Source: a virus. Taken from it: 64,000 nucleotides of DNA. This document shows positions 19,785-27,256 of this stretch, piece after piece. The DNA lies in the IMG/VR virus record IMGVR_UViG_3300028400_000005, positions 15,031-79,030 of that record. One strand, 5' to 3'. Both the position numbers and the translations under genes were made by a program. Position 1 is the first letter of the stretch. The number at the start of each line of letters is the position of its first letter. Under the pieces are notes generated by a model, which was not told the origin of the DNA, ran no database searches, and worked only from the letters and a program-made list of their open reading frames with translations.

Positions 19785-20792
19785 ATGGGCAGCCTCCACG
19801 ACGGCCGAATCAAAAACTTCTGGTGGGGACCCAACGCCCTGGTAGACGACGGGCATCTCGAGCGCATGGGTCCCCACGCCGTTTCGGTGTACGTGGCGCT
19901 GCTGCGCTACTCGGACAACGACCGCCGCTCGTGGCCCAAGGTCGAAACCCTGGAGCGCCTGACCGGCATCTCTCGCGCCCAGGTCTACCGCGCGCTCGCG
20001 CGCCTCGAAGAGCTGGGCTACGTATCCCGCGAGCGTGACGGCCGGCGCAACGTCTACCATCTGCTGCAGCTCCCCACGGCATCCCCCGCCGACCCGCCCG
20101 TGAAACAGGTCTCAGGCAGAGACGTTTCCAGCGAAAAGGTCTCAGAGGGAGACCCTTCGGGGGAAAGGGTCTCAGACAGAGACAAAAAGGGTCTCAGACA
20201 GAGACGTGTAAGGTCTCAGACAGAGACGTATGGTGACACCGAGAGCGCGCGTCCTGGACGGGAAAAACTCCCCCAAAATGCAGGCCGAAGAAAACAAATA
20301 GAAAAAGACCTAGGGAAGAAAACAACACAAGAAGAAGAAGAAGAAGAAGCGGCCGCTCACGAAAATCTCAGAAAGGAACCGCCCCCCTACGCCTCGGTGT
20401 TCGCCACCCCGGCCGCGATGAAGGACGCGGTGTTGCATGCGGCGCTGCGCGGTGCCCCCGAGCGCCGCATCCGTATGCTGGCGGACCTCGTCGAGGCTGG
20501 GGTGTGGGAAAAGTTGCGCGCGCTCGCGCGCGAAAACCGCCGCGGCGCGCGCGCGTGGCACGACTGGCTCGATCAGCTGTCGCGGCAGCTCGAGGGCCGG
20601 CCGGACGGCCTCGAGCGGCTGCGCCAGGCTCTCGAGGCGCTTACCCCGGACATCGAACGCCCCTTTGCGTGGGTGACGCGGTTCCTGAGCACCGAGGCCC
20701 CGACGCCGGCGCCTAAGCGGGCGCCGGCGCGGAACGCAGGCGTAGGCGACGGCGTGGAAGTGGACATGCGCGGTGTGTACATGGAGGACTGA
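19785..20792 (+). CDS. Replication initiator (N-terminal wHTH, lambda O-like organisation)
   Basis: AVSVYVALLRY...SWPKVETLERLTGISRAQVYRALARLEELGYV; internal iterons; followed by a DnaC-like ATPase. Confidence 0.85.
   Translation: MGSLHDGRIKNFWWGPNALVDDGHLERMGPHAVSVYVALLRYSDNDRRSWPKVETLERLTGISRAQVYRALARLEELGYVSRERDGRRNVYHLLQLPTASPADPPVKQVSGRDVSSEKVSEGDPSGERVSDRDKKGLRQRRVRSQTETYGDTESARPGREKLPQNAGRRKQIEKDLGKKTTQEEEEEEAAAHENLRKEPPPYASVFATPAAMKDAVLHAALRGAPERRIRMLADLVEAGVWEKLRALARENRRGARAWHDWLDQLSRQLEGRPDGLERLRQALEALTPDIERPFAWVTRFLSTEAPTPAPKRAPARNAGVGDGVEVDMRGVYMED
20108..20227 (+). repeat. Five iterons GGTCTCAGACAGAGAC (putative replication origin)
   Basis: Copies start at 20108, 20138, 20168, 20190 and 20212; each is the palindrome GTCTC-N5-GAGAC; an A-rich tract follows at about 20285-20350. 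Confidence 0.85.
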
Positions 20793-20793
20793 C

Positions 20794-21585
20794 ATGGGCG
20801 ACGCCCCGGAGAAGGATCAGGAGAACCCCTTTCTGGCGCTGGTCGAGGAAATCCGCTCGAAGAACCCGCCGGCGGCGCGGGTCGAGTCCGACCACGAGTG
20901 CTTCGACGGGATGGTCGAGGACGACAAGGGCCGCTGGGTGCCGTGCCCGGTGTGCAAGGCGCGGCGCGACGAAGCCATGCTGCGCATGCGCCTCCAGTCG
21001 TCGGGGATCGCGGAGCGCTACCTCGACGTGGGCTGGGACGACCTCGAGATGCTGCCGCCCTTCCCGCTGGTGCGAAGCGTGGCCGAGCGCATCGGCGACC
21101 TGATCCACGCCGGCGAGTCCGCGGTGTTTACGGGGCCGGTGGGGACGGGCAAGACCCAGGCCGGGCTGCTCCTGGTGCGGGCTGCGGTGCGCGCCGGGTT
21201 CGAGGCGCGGGTCGTCAACGTCGGCTGGCTGGGGGTTGAGGTGCGCTCCACCTGGAACGGCGGTGAGGGCATCACGGAAAACGAGGCCGTGCGCCTCATG
21301 GCTCAGCCCGACCTGCTGCTGCTCGACGACGTGGGGGCCGGCGAAACCCGCAACGCCGAGCTCGAGCGCCGCCTCCTCTACCTCGCCCTCGAGGCGCGGA
21401 ACCAGAACCGGCGCCCGACGATCATCACGACCAACCTCGGGGTTGGGTCAAAATCGGCCTCGCGCGCCACATTGGAGCAGTACCTTGGAGGGCGGATATG
21501 GGACCGCCTCAAGCCGCTCCGGGTGGTGGCCTTCAAGCACGGGAAAAACTTCAGGGAGCGGGAGATTAGCGTATGGGCAAACTGA
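20794..21585 (+). CDS. DnaC/IstB-like AAA+ helicase loader
   Basis: VPCPVC, SGIAERY, GPVGTGKT, LLLLDDVG, PTIITTN, RIWDRL. Confidence 0.9.
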   Translation: MGDAPEKDQENPFLALVEEIRSKNPPAARVESDHECFDGMVEDDKGRWVPCPVCKARRDEAMLRMRLQSSGIAERYLDVGWDDLEMLPPFPLVRSVAERIGDLIHAGESAVFTGPVGTGKTQAGLLLVRAAVRAGFEARVVNVGWLGVEVRSTWNGGEGITENEAVRLMAQPDLLLLDDVGAGETRNAELERRLLYLALEARNQNRRPTIITTNLGVGSKSASRATLEQYLGGRIWDRLKPLRVVAFKHGKNFREREISVWAN

Positions 21586-23003
21586 GCTATGACGACCTGG
21601 TCGATCCGGCCCGCTGGGACGTGGTGGGCTACGAGATCGGCTTGGATGACCTGGGCGAGTTTGAACCCGACGACATCGTGCGCAGCCGTCGCGCTCAGCT
21701 GCTGATGCGTCAGGAACGTTATGAAGAAGCGCTCCTCGAGCTCGACCGCGTAGAGGGACCTCCGGGATCGGGGTTGCGCCGGCTGGCGCGGCTGGGCCTT
21801 GGGCTCTACGAGCGGGTGCTGCAATCCGAACCCACGCCCGCGGAAACCCTGAACCCCATCGAGCTCGAGGAGCAGTTCTACTTCGCCTTTGCCCGGGCGG
21901 GTGCGGCCAGCCAGCTCGGCAAGCTGGACCTGGCGCTGCAGCACAACGCCGTGGCGGAGTTCATCGCCCGCACCCTGCGCATGGAGCGCCGTCTCCACGT
22001 CGTTCATGCGGACATCCTGCGCATTCGCAACCTGATGGGCGACCCCCAGCCCGAGGAAATGGCCGGACTCTACGCGATCATGGGGCGCTGGAACCGGCGC
22101 CTGAGCCTGTGGGGGCGGCGCACCCTCGTGGAGATGCACCTGGCGCGCGGGGACTACACCAGGGCGCACCGTGACGCTCGGGGCGATTCGGCCCTCGAGG
22201 CGTTCACCGGCATGCTGGCCTGCGACGGAACCGCGCGCCCCAGCAACGGCGATCACGGGGCCATCGCCAACATCGCGCAAAGCGTTCTGGGCGGCCACTA
22301 CCTGCCCGATGACGTTGCCTCGCAGCCGTACAGCGACTACGCCCGGGTGATCCGCGCCTACGGGCTGCTGCGCCGGGGGCATCCGACGGCCGCCATGCGC
22401 CACCTGGGACCCAAGCCCCCGGGCTTCCCCGACCAGCGCGTCTACTGGGGCGGGGTCGCGCTGCTGGCGCTGGCGCACGCCGGCAGCAGCGGACTTCCCC
22501 CGTTCGACCCCCTGTCCATCGCGGACGTAGTGCACGAGGGCGTGGCGAGGATGATCTCCACCGACGGAGTGGTGTGCGTGATGCGGCGGTACATGCCCGA
22601 CGCCCTGGCCGCCCTGGCCGTGCATCCCGAGACCCACCCGCACCTGGCCGGCGGGCTGGCCGAAGTACCCCTGCTGGTCGGTGGGTGGGTGGAATACCGC
22701 GGCGACCGCGTCAAGGTCCCCCCCACCCTTGGCGAGGCTGCGATCTTGCGCGCGCTGGGCGTGTCCAACGGCCGCCTGCCTACGGTCCACGCCGCCCAGG
22801 AGTCACGCTACCGGTCGTACCTTGGGCGGATGGGGCTGTCCCCGGACGAAGTCGTGAACGTGGGCGTGCTCTACCGCCTAGCGCGCACCATGGAGGGCAT
22901 CGCCAACGGCGACAACGTGCGAAGCGCCCGCGCGTGGCGGCGCGTCGCCGAAGAGCTGGCCTCCAAGGCCCCGGTCTTGCAGTCCTACGACACCGGGCAC
23001 TAA
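21573..23003 (+). CDS. TPR-like helical regulator, candidate peptide receptor
   Basis: TPR-like segments (RAQLLMRQERYEEALLELD; ARAGAASQLGKLDLALQH; LVEMHLARGDYTRA; RAYGLLRRGHPTAAMRHL); directly followed by a signal-peptide micro-ORF. Confidence 0.65.
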   Translation: MGKLSYDDLVDPARWDVVGYEIGLDDLGEFEPDDIVRSRRAQLLMRQERYEEALLELDRVEGPPGSGLRRLARLGLGLYERVLQSEPTPAETLNPIELEEQFYFAFARAGAASQLGKLDLALQHNAVAEFIARTLRMERRLHVVHADILRIRNLMGDPQPEEMAGLYAIMGRWNRRLSLWGRRTLVEMHLARGDYTRAHRDARGDSALEAFTGMLACDGTARPSNGDHGAIANIAQSVLGGHYLPDDVASQPYSDYARVIRAYGLLRRGHPTAAMRHLGPKPPGFPDQRVYWGGVALLALAHAGSSGLPPFDPLSIADVVHEGVARMISTDGVVCVMRRYMPDALAALAVHPETHPHLAGGLAEVPLLVGGWVEYRGDRVKVPPTLGEAAILRALGVSNGRLPTVHAAQESRYRSYLGRMGLSPDEVVNVGVLYRLARTMEGIANGDNVRSARAWRRVAEELASKAPVLQSYDTGH

Positions 23004-23012
23004 GGTGCAGGC

Positions 23013-23111
23013 ATGAAAAAGTACAGAAAGTACCTCCCCGCGCTTTTGGTCCTCGGAATCCTGCTTTGGGCCGCCATCGCCAACGCTGACCCCTGTCCGG
23101 GTTGCGTGTAG
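23013..23111 (+). CDS. 32-aa secreted propeptide MKKYRKYLPALLVLGILLWAAIANA|DPCPGCV
   Basis: Read by hand (below ORF-track cutoff). Basic n-region, hydrophobic h-region, A-N-A signal peptidase I site, 7-aa tail. TAAGGT -10 box sits 6 nt before the ATG. Confidence 0.75.
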   Translation: MKKYRKYLPALLVLGILLWAAIANADPCPGCV

Positions 23112-23182
23112 CGCCTCTGGGTGTTAGTCGAGTGTTACCAAAAGCCACCCATTCCCGGTAAGGGGCGCGGTAAAATCCGAAC

Positions 23183-23374
23183 ATGGCATTGACTATGAAA
23201 ACACCCACTCAGCAGGAGGCCCGAAACCGGCTCATCAAGGCCACGGAGGGCGACCTGGACAGCGAAATCGCCGCGTTTTCGATCATCGCCAAAGCCAACG
23301 AAATCGGCCAGCTGCTCCAGCAGCTGGCCCCCGAGGCGCGCGAGACCGCGCGCGAGCTTCTAAGAGCCTTGTAG
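23183..23374 (+). CDS. Small helical protein (candidate effector/antirepressor)
   Basis: Leaderless TAAAAT-N6-ATG; no good -35 but an inverted repeat just upstream. Confidence 0.6.
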   Translation: MALTMKTPTQQEARNRLIKATEGDLDSEIAAFSIIAKANEIGQLLQQLAPEARETARELLRAL

Positions 23375-23785
23375 CGTCTTCTGGCCCTTCGGGGCCGCAC
23401 GCAAGGCCCGATCCAGGGCCGTGAGGATCACGCTGTTCTGCGTGATCTTTTCTTTGCGGGACTGGTTCAGCCGCTCCACCGTGTCGTGGAGGACCCGGAC
23501 CAGCTCCACGGGCAGCCGTTGGCTGCGCACCGGGTCGTACGGACGCGGGTTACGCCAGTACCGGGGCAGCGCGTCCGGGCGGCGCCGCGCCTCCCGCAGG
23601 AAGGCGGCGAGCGCGCGCTCAACGTAGCCCTGGATCGTGAGCCCTTCGGCCATGGCCGCGATCTTCAGCTCCTGGTACATGTCGTCCGGCATTTTGTAGG
23701 ACACGATCCGCCGCAACTGCTGTTTCGGGCCGACCGGCTTCGCGCTGTGCTCCATCAGCCCCTCGTACTGGTGTTTGTTGGGCAT
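23360..23785 (-). CDS. Tandem ribbon-helix-helix protein, probable ParA adaptor (ParG-like)
   Basis: VSYKMPDDMYQELKIAA....TIQGYVERAL and SQRLPVELVRVL...ITQNSVILTAL; directly after parA; AGGAGG RBS. Confidence 0.7.
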   Translation of the reverse strand: MPNKHQYEGLMEHSAKPVGPKQQLRRIVSYKMPDDMYQELKIAAMAEGLTIQGYVERALAAFLREARRRPDALPRYWRNPRPYDPVRSQRLPVELVRVLHDTVERLNQSRKEKITQNSVILTALDRALRAAPKGQKTLQGS

Positions 23786-23796
23786 GGCTCCTCCTG

Positions 23797-24594
23797 TTAG
23801 CGGCTGGGCACCAGCTCGGCCCGTTCCGCGACCCAGTCCCCCAGCGCCATGTAGTCAATCGCGCCCGGGGACCGGGGCTTGTACTCGAAGATGGTCAGCC
23901 CGCGCTCCGGCGCTTCGGCGAGGTGGACGTTGCGCCGGATGTGACCGGCGTAGGTGGGCCCGTAGGCCTCCTGCAGGTCGGGCACGAGGTTGCGGGACAG
24001 ACGTTCGCGTCGGTCGATCATCGTGGCCAGCACGCCCATCAGCGCCGGCGCGTAACCGAGGCGGTCGCGCATGGCGCGCAGGCGCGTTCGCAGCCCCTCC
24101 ACCCCGGCCCGGGTGGCCGCACCGGGGGCCACGGGCACGATGACGGCGTCGGCCGCGTAGAGGGCGAGCAGGCTGGCCAGGTTGACGGTGGGGCCCACGT
24201 CTATGATCACGAGCTGGTAGCGGTCGCTGACCTCCTTAAGCCGCTCGGCCAGGATCATGTGCCGGTCTTCGCGGCCGGCGATCTCGAGCTCGGCTTGGGC
24301 GATGCGGGGGTTGTTGGGGATGAGGTCGAGCCCGTCGCGCACGTTCAGGGTGATGAGCTCGTCGGCGGGGCGGTAGGTCGGGTCGAGCGGGTCCGAAAAC
24401 ACCAGCATCTCGTACATCCCCGCGCGGTCCTCCCCCTCCGTGGTGAACCCCAGGAACATGCCCGCCTGCCCCTGCGAGTCCATGTCCACGAGCAGCACCT
24501 TGCCTACGCGGTCGGCCAGGTAGGCCGCAAGGTTGACCGCGGTGGTGGTCTTCCCCACCCCGCCCTTTTCAGCAGCGATAGCCAGGACCATCAT
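23797..24594 (-). CDS. parA: ParA/Soj partition ATPase (type Ib)
   Basis: EKGGVGKTT deviant Walker A, LLVDMDSQG, IIDVGP, IRRNVHLAEAP. Confidence 0.95.
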   Translation of the reverse strand: MMVLAIAAEKGGVGKTTTAVNLAAYLADRVGKVLLVDMDSQGQAGMFLGFTTEGEDRAGMYEMLVFSDPLDPTYRPADELITLNVRDGLDLIPNNPRIAQAELEIAGREDRHMILAERLKEVSDRYQLVIIDVGPTVNLASLLALYAADAVIVPVAPGAATRAGVEGLRTRLRAMRDRLGYAPALMGVLATMIDRRERLSRNLVPDLQEAYGPTYAGHIRRNVHLAEAPERGLTIFEYKPRSPGAIDYMALGDWVAERAELVPSR

Positions 24595-25232
24595 GACACC
24601 CGCTTAGGCCGCACCCACGTCACCACACCAATCACCTTGTCGCTCGGCTTGGGCGGCGGGGCCTCTTCGTCGTCGTACACGTAGCCGCCCTTGGTGGCCC
24701 ACACGGCCTCGAGGCCGCTACCCAGCCGCTCGAGCACCACGAGGTCGCCCTCTTCGATCCGCTCGGTCGCCCGCACCCCCACCGGCTCGTTGAGCGGCAG
24801 ACAGGCGATCCTGCCCGACGTGGGAACGAAGAGCAGGTCGCAGGGCAGCGCCGGCTCCTCGCGCCGCGCGGCGGGGCCCTGGGCGGACTCCCCCTCGAGG
24901 TAGACGGGCACCGTCACGGCGACCTTGGCCGCCGGTTCGCCGTTGGCGGGCGCCACCACGGCGAGCCCGGTCTCCTCCACGAACCCCTGGTAGTCCCCGT
25001 CCCACAGGAGGGCGACCAGGGTACGCAGCCGGGCCGGCGAGAGGGTGCGCACGGCTACGTCGGGCTGCGTGATCAGCGTATGCAGCGTCGGGCGCGACAC
25101 GCGCTCGTAGATACCGGGTTCGCGCTCGGCCAGGTCCTGGCTAAGCGCGTCCACGTCCCGCAGGCTCAGCTTGCGGGCCTTCATCCGCTGGTGTATCGCG
25201 TCCGAAAGAGACTTGGTTTTGACTGCTCCCAC
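24591..25232 (-). CDS. CI-like repressor (XRE HTH plus degenerate S24-like C-domain)
   Basis: RKLSLRDV...VSRPTLHTL HTH; C-terminal EGDLVV...KVIGVVTWV; divergent from a Cro-like gene. Confidence 0.7.
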   Translation of the reverse strand: MGAVKTKSLSDAIHQRMKARKLSLRDVDALSQDLAEREPGIYERVSRPTLHTLITQPDVAVRTLSPARLRTLVALLWDGDYQGFVEETGLAVVAPANGEPAAKVAVTVPVYLEGESAQGPAARREEPALPCDLLFVPTSGRIACLPLNEPVGVRATERIEEGDLVVLERLGSGLEAVWATKGGYVYDDEEAPPPKPSDKVIGVVTWVRPKRVS

Positions 25233-25282
25233 CTAACTCCACCCCCGTAAATGCGTGTGCCTCTTCCCTCCGTATAGTGCTT

Positions 25283-25366
25283 ATTGTAGTCCAGAATATT
25301 GGATAACGCAAATGGACAGACAGCACGGCTGGCCAGCTTGCCCCCTTGTCCGTCTGTCTGTAAAAT
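25283..25366. promoter_or_regulatory. Divergent CI/Cro promoters with GACAGAC operator-like boxes
   Basis: Leftward TTGCGT-N17-TACAAT; rightward TTGCCC-N17-TAAAAT-N7-ATG; GGACAGACAG at 25314 and inverted TGTCCGTCTGTCTG at 25347. Confidence 0.7.
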
Positions 25367-25373
25367 GAGACAC

Positions 25374-25577
25374 ATGGAGACGATCCGCCTCAGCGAAATC
25401 CACACGCGCCTGAGCGAGCTGTCCGGCGAGCAGATCCTCGAGCTCGCTCGCCGAACCGGCATCGGCCGCTCGACCCTGTACCAGTACCGCGCCAGCCCGG
25501 AGGCGCTGAAGCGGGCTCGAGGCTCCACCCTGCTGGCCATCCAGAGGGCCCTGGATGAGGTGCGCGATGCTGCCTAG
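25374..25577 (+). CDS. Cro-like HTH protein
   Basis: ILELARRTGIGRSTLYQY HTH; leaderless start at 25374. Confidence 0.75.
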   Translation: METIRLSEIHTRLSELSGEQILELARRTGIGRSTLYQYRASPEALKRARGSTLLAIQRALDEVRDAA

Positions 25578-26220
25578 GGACCTGGACCCGTGGGGCGAGT
25601 GGCGCAACCCGGGCCTGAACCCCGACGTGGCCGAGTTCCTGGTGACCCACCGACCCACCTACGCGCAGTCGGTGGGTTTCATCCGAGCGGAGCGGCCGCG
25701 CGAGAACAATCATGAGGCCACCGCGTGGTGGAGCACCACCCCTGCCCGCGCGCACCTCATCAACGCGCTGCTGCGCCGGGGCGATCGCACCGTCGAGGCG
25801 GTCGAGCGGGAGCTGGGCATCCCCTCGTCCAAGATTTACTACTACCTGCGCGAGTTCCGCATGGCCTTCCAGCCCCGTCCGGGCTCGTCGGTGGTCATCA
25901 TCGGCTACAGGGGCGAGTTCTACGAGGGGTGGGTGCTCAAGGACTACGGGAACGGCCGGGCGCGCCTGGTCGTGCCCGAGCACGGGGCGGTGGTCGAGGG
26001 CGAATGGAGCCGCACCAACCAGGCGTTCCGTTTGTCGCAGCCGTTACCGCGCACGGTGCCGCTTCGTGCCGCGGCGGAAAGCATGGGCGTCAAGGACTCC
26101 ACGCTGCGCAAAGCCCTCAAGGCGCTGGGGGTGCCGGTCTACCAGCGGGCCCCTGTGCCGCTGCTCCAGCGCATGCTGCCTGAGCGAGCCCGCTACCTGG
26201 GAGGGCTATGGGGGAGCTAA
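25567..26220 (+). CDS. HTH-containing regulator
   Basis: TVEAVERELGIPSSKIYYY and LRAAAESMGVKDSTLRKAL HTH-like motifs. Confidence 0.6.
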   Translation: MLPRDLDPWGEWRNPGLNPDVAEFLVTHRPTYAQSVGFIRAERPRENNHEATAWWSTTPARAHLINALLRRGDRTVEAVERELGIPSSKIYYYLREFRMAFQPRPGSSVVIIGYRGEFYEGWVLKDYGNGRARLVVPEHGAVVEGEWSRTNQAFRLSQPLPRTVPLRAAAESMGVKDSTLRKALKALGVPVYQRAPVPLLQRMLPERARYLGGLWGS

Positions 26221-26423
26221 TCGCGCTCATCGAGCGGCTGGATCTGGCCAATGGGCTGCCCTACCTGCTGGCGGCGCGCGCCGGTGAGCTAGATAACCCG
26301 CCGTTGATCTGGCTCCTGTGGGAAGTGGAGGGCCTGGTCGAGGGGTCCAAGCTCACCGCGAAGGGTGAGAAGGTGGTGCACCACCTTCTCGGGCTGGCCG
26401 ATGCCCTGGACATAGCCATCTGA
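26208..26423 (+). CDS. Small hypothetical protein (wHTH-like)
   Basis: GGAGG RBS; EGLVEGSKLTAKGE wing motif. Confidence 0.55.
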   Translation: MGELIALIERLDLANGLPYLLAARAGELDNPPLIWLLWEVEGLVEGSKLTAKGEKVVHHLLGLADALDIAI

Positions 26424-26450
26424 GACGGACAAGCAAGCAAGGGAGACTGC

Positions 26451-26921
26451 ATGTACATTCAACGGGACAGACGCACCGGGGAGCTGGGGCTCGTCCTGTG
26501 CGCTGCGGTGCTGGTGCTCACCCGCTACCGCTACGGGGGCGAGTATTGGCACATGGACATGAACGGCCTCGGCCTCGCGGCGCTTTGGCGGGCGCGGGAG
26601 CTGGAGCAGGCCGGCTACTACGTGCACCTCCGCCCAACCCGCACGGTGGTGCCCTCGCGCTGGCTGCTCGTAGCCCAGCTGCTGCTGGCGGCTTGGGTCG
26701 AGCGCGTCAGCGACCGAATCGGCCGGTGGGCAGAGGCCATATGGCACCGCAGCTGGAAGCACCACGTCCGGGCCGGCCGGCAGCTGGCACGCCGGGTCGC
26801 CTCGAGGTTGTGGCGGCGCGTGCGTGCGGCGGCCGGGGTGGCGCTTGGAGAACGACTCGAGCGCGCGGCGCCGAAACCGCGGGCATGGCCGCGGTACCGG
26901 AAGCCCTGGAAGCGGTGGTAG
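26451..26921 (+). CDS. Hypothetical protein
   Basis: GGGAG RBS; fills the gap in the operon. Confidence 0.5.
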   Translation: MYIQRDRRTGELGLVLCAAVLVLTRYRYGGEYWHMDMNGLGLAALWRARELEQAGYYVHLRPTRTVVPSRWLLVAQLLLAAWVERVSDRIGRWAEAIWHRSWKHHVRAGRQLARRVASRLWRRVRAAAGVALGERLERAAPKPRAWPRYRKPWKRW

Positions 26922-26928
26922 GGAAGAG

Positions 26929-26974
26929 GGACAGGCAAGCCAGCTTGACGGCTTTGTCAGCCGTCCGGTATCCT
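26929..26974 (+). promoter_or_regulatory. Promoter of dnaN operon with GGACAGGCA box
   Basis: TTGACG-N18-TATCCT, followed by GAGGAGG RBS. Confidence 0.65.
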
Positions 26975-27001
26975 AGACACGCAAGGCGAGGAGGTTAAGC
27001 C

Positions 27002-27256
27002 ATGAAGACACCCGAAGCAGTTCTCCAGCACGCACCCGCCGCCGCTCACGGCGCCGCGTCGGCGGCCGTGACGCTCTTGCCGGCTGACGGCTGGCGCGCC
27101 GTCTATGAAGGCGGGGACGCGCGACCGTTGGTAGCTTGGCGCTTCGTCGGAGACCGCGGCGAGGGCATCGTGCTCAACGAAGCGGGGGAGACGGTAGCGG
27201 CCCCGATGCTCCCGGGGTTCAAACGCTACCTGTACGTCCAGCGGAGGAGCGCATGA
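27002..27256 (+). CDS. Small hypothetical protein
   Basis: Strong RBS; ATGA-coupled to dnaN. Confidence 0.6.
   Translation: MKTPEAVLQHAPAAAHGAASAAVTLLPADGWRAVYEGGDARPLVAWRFVGDRGEGIVLNEAGETVAAPMLPGFKRYLYVQRRSA

Noticed and set aside
20108-20227. Repeats as a mini-CRISPR array
   Set aside because: Units are 16 bp with 6-14 bp gaps inside a Rep ORF and no cas genes are present; they fit iterons.
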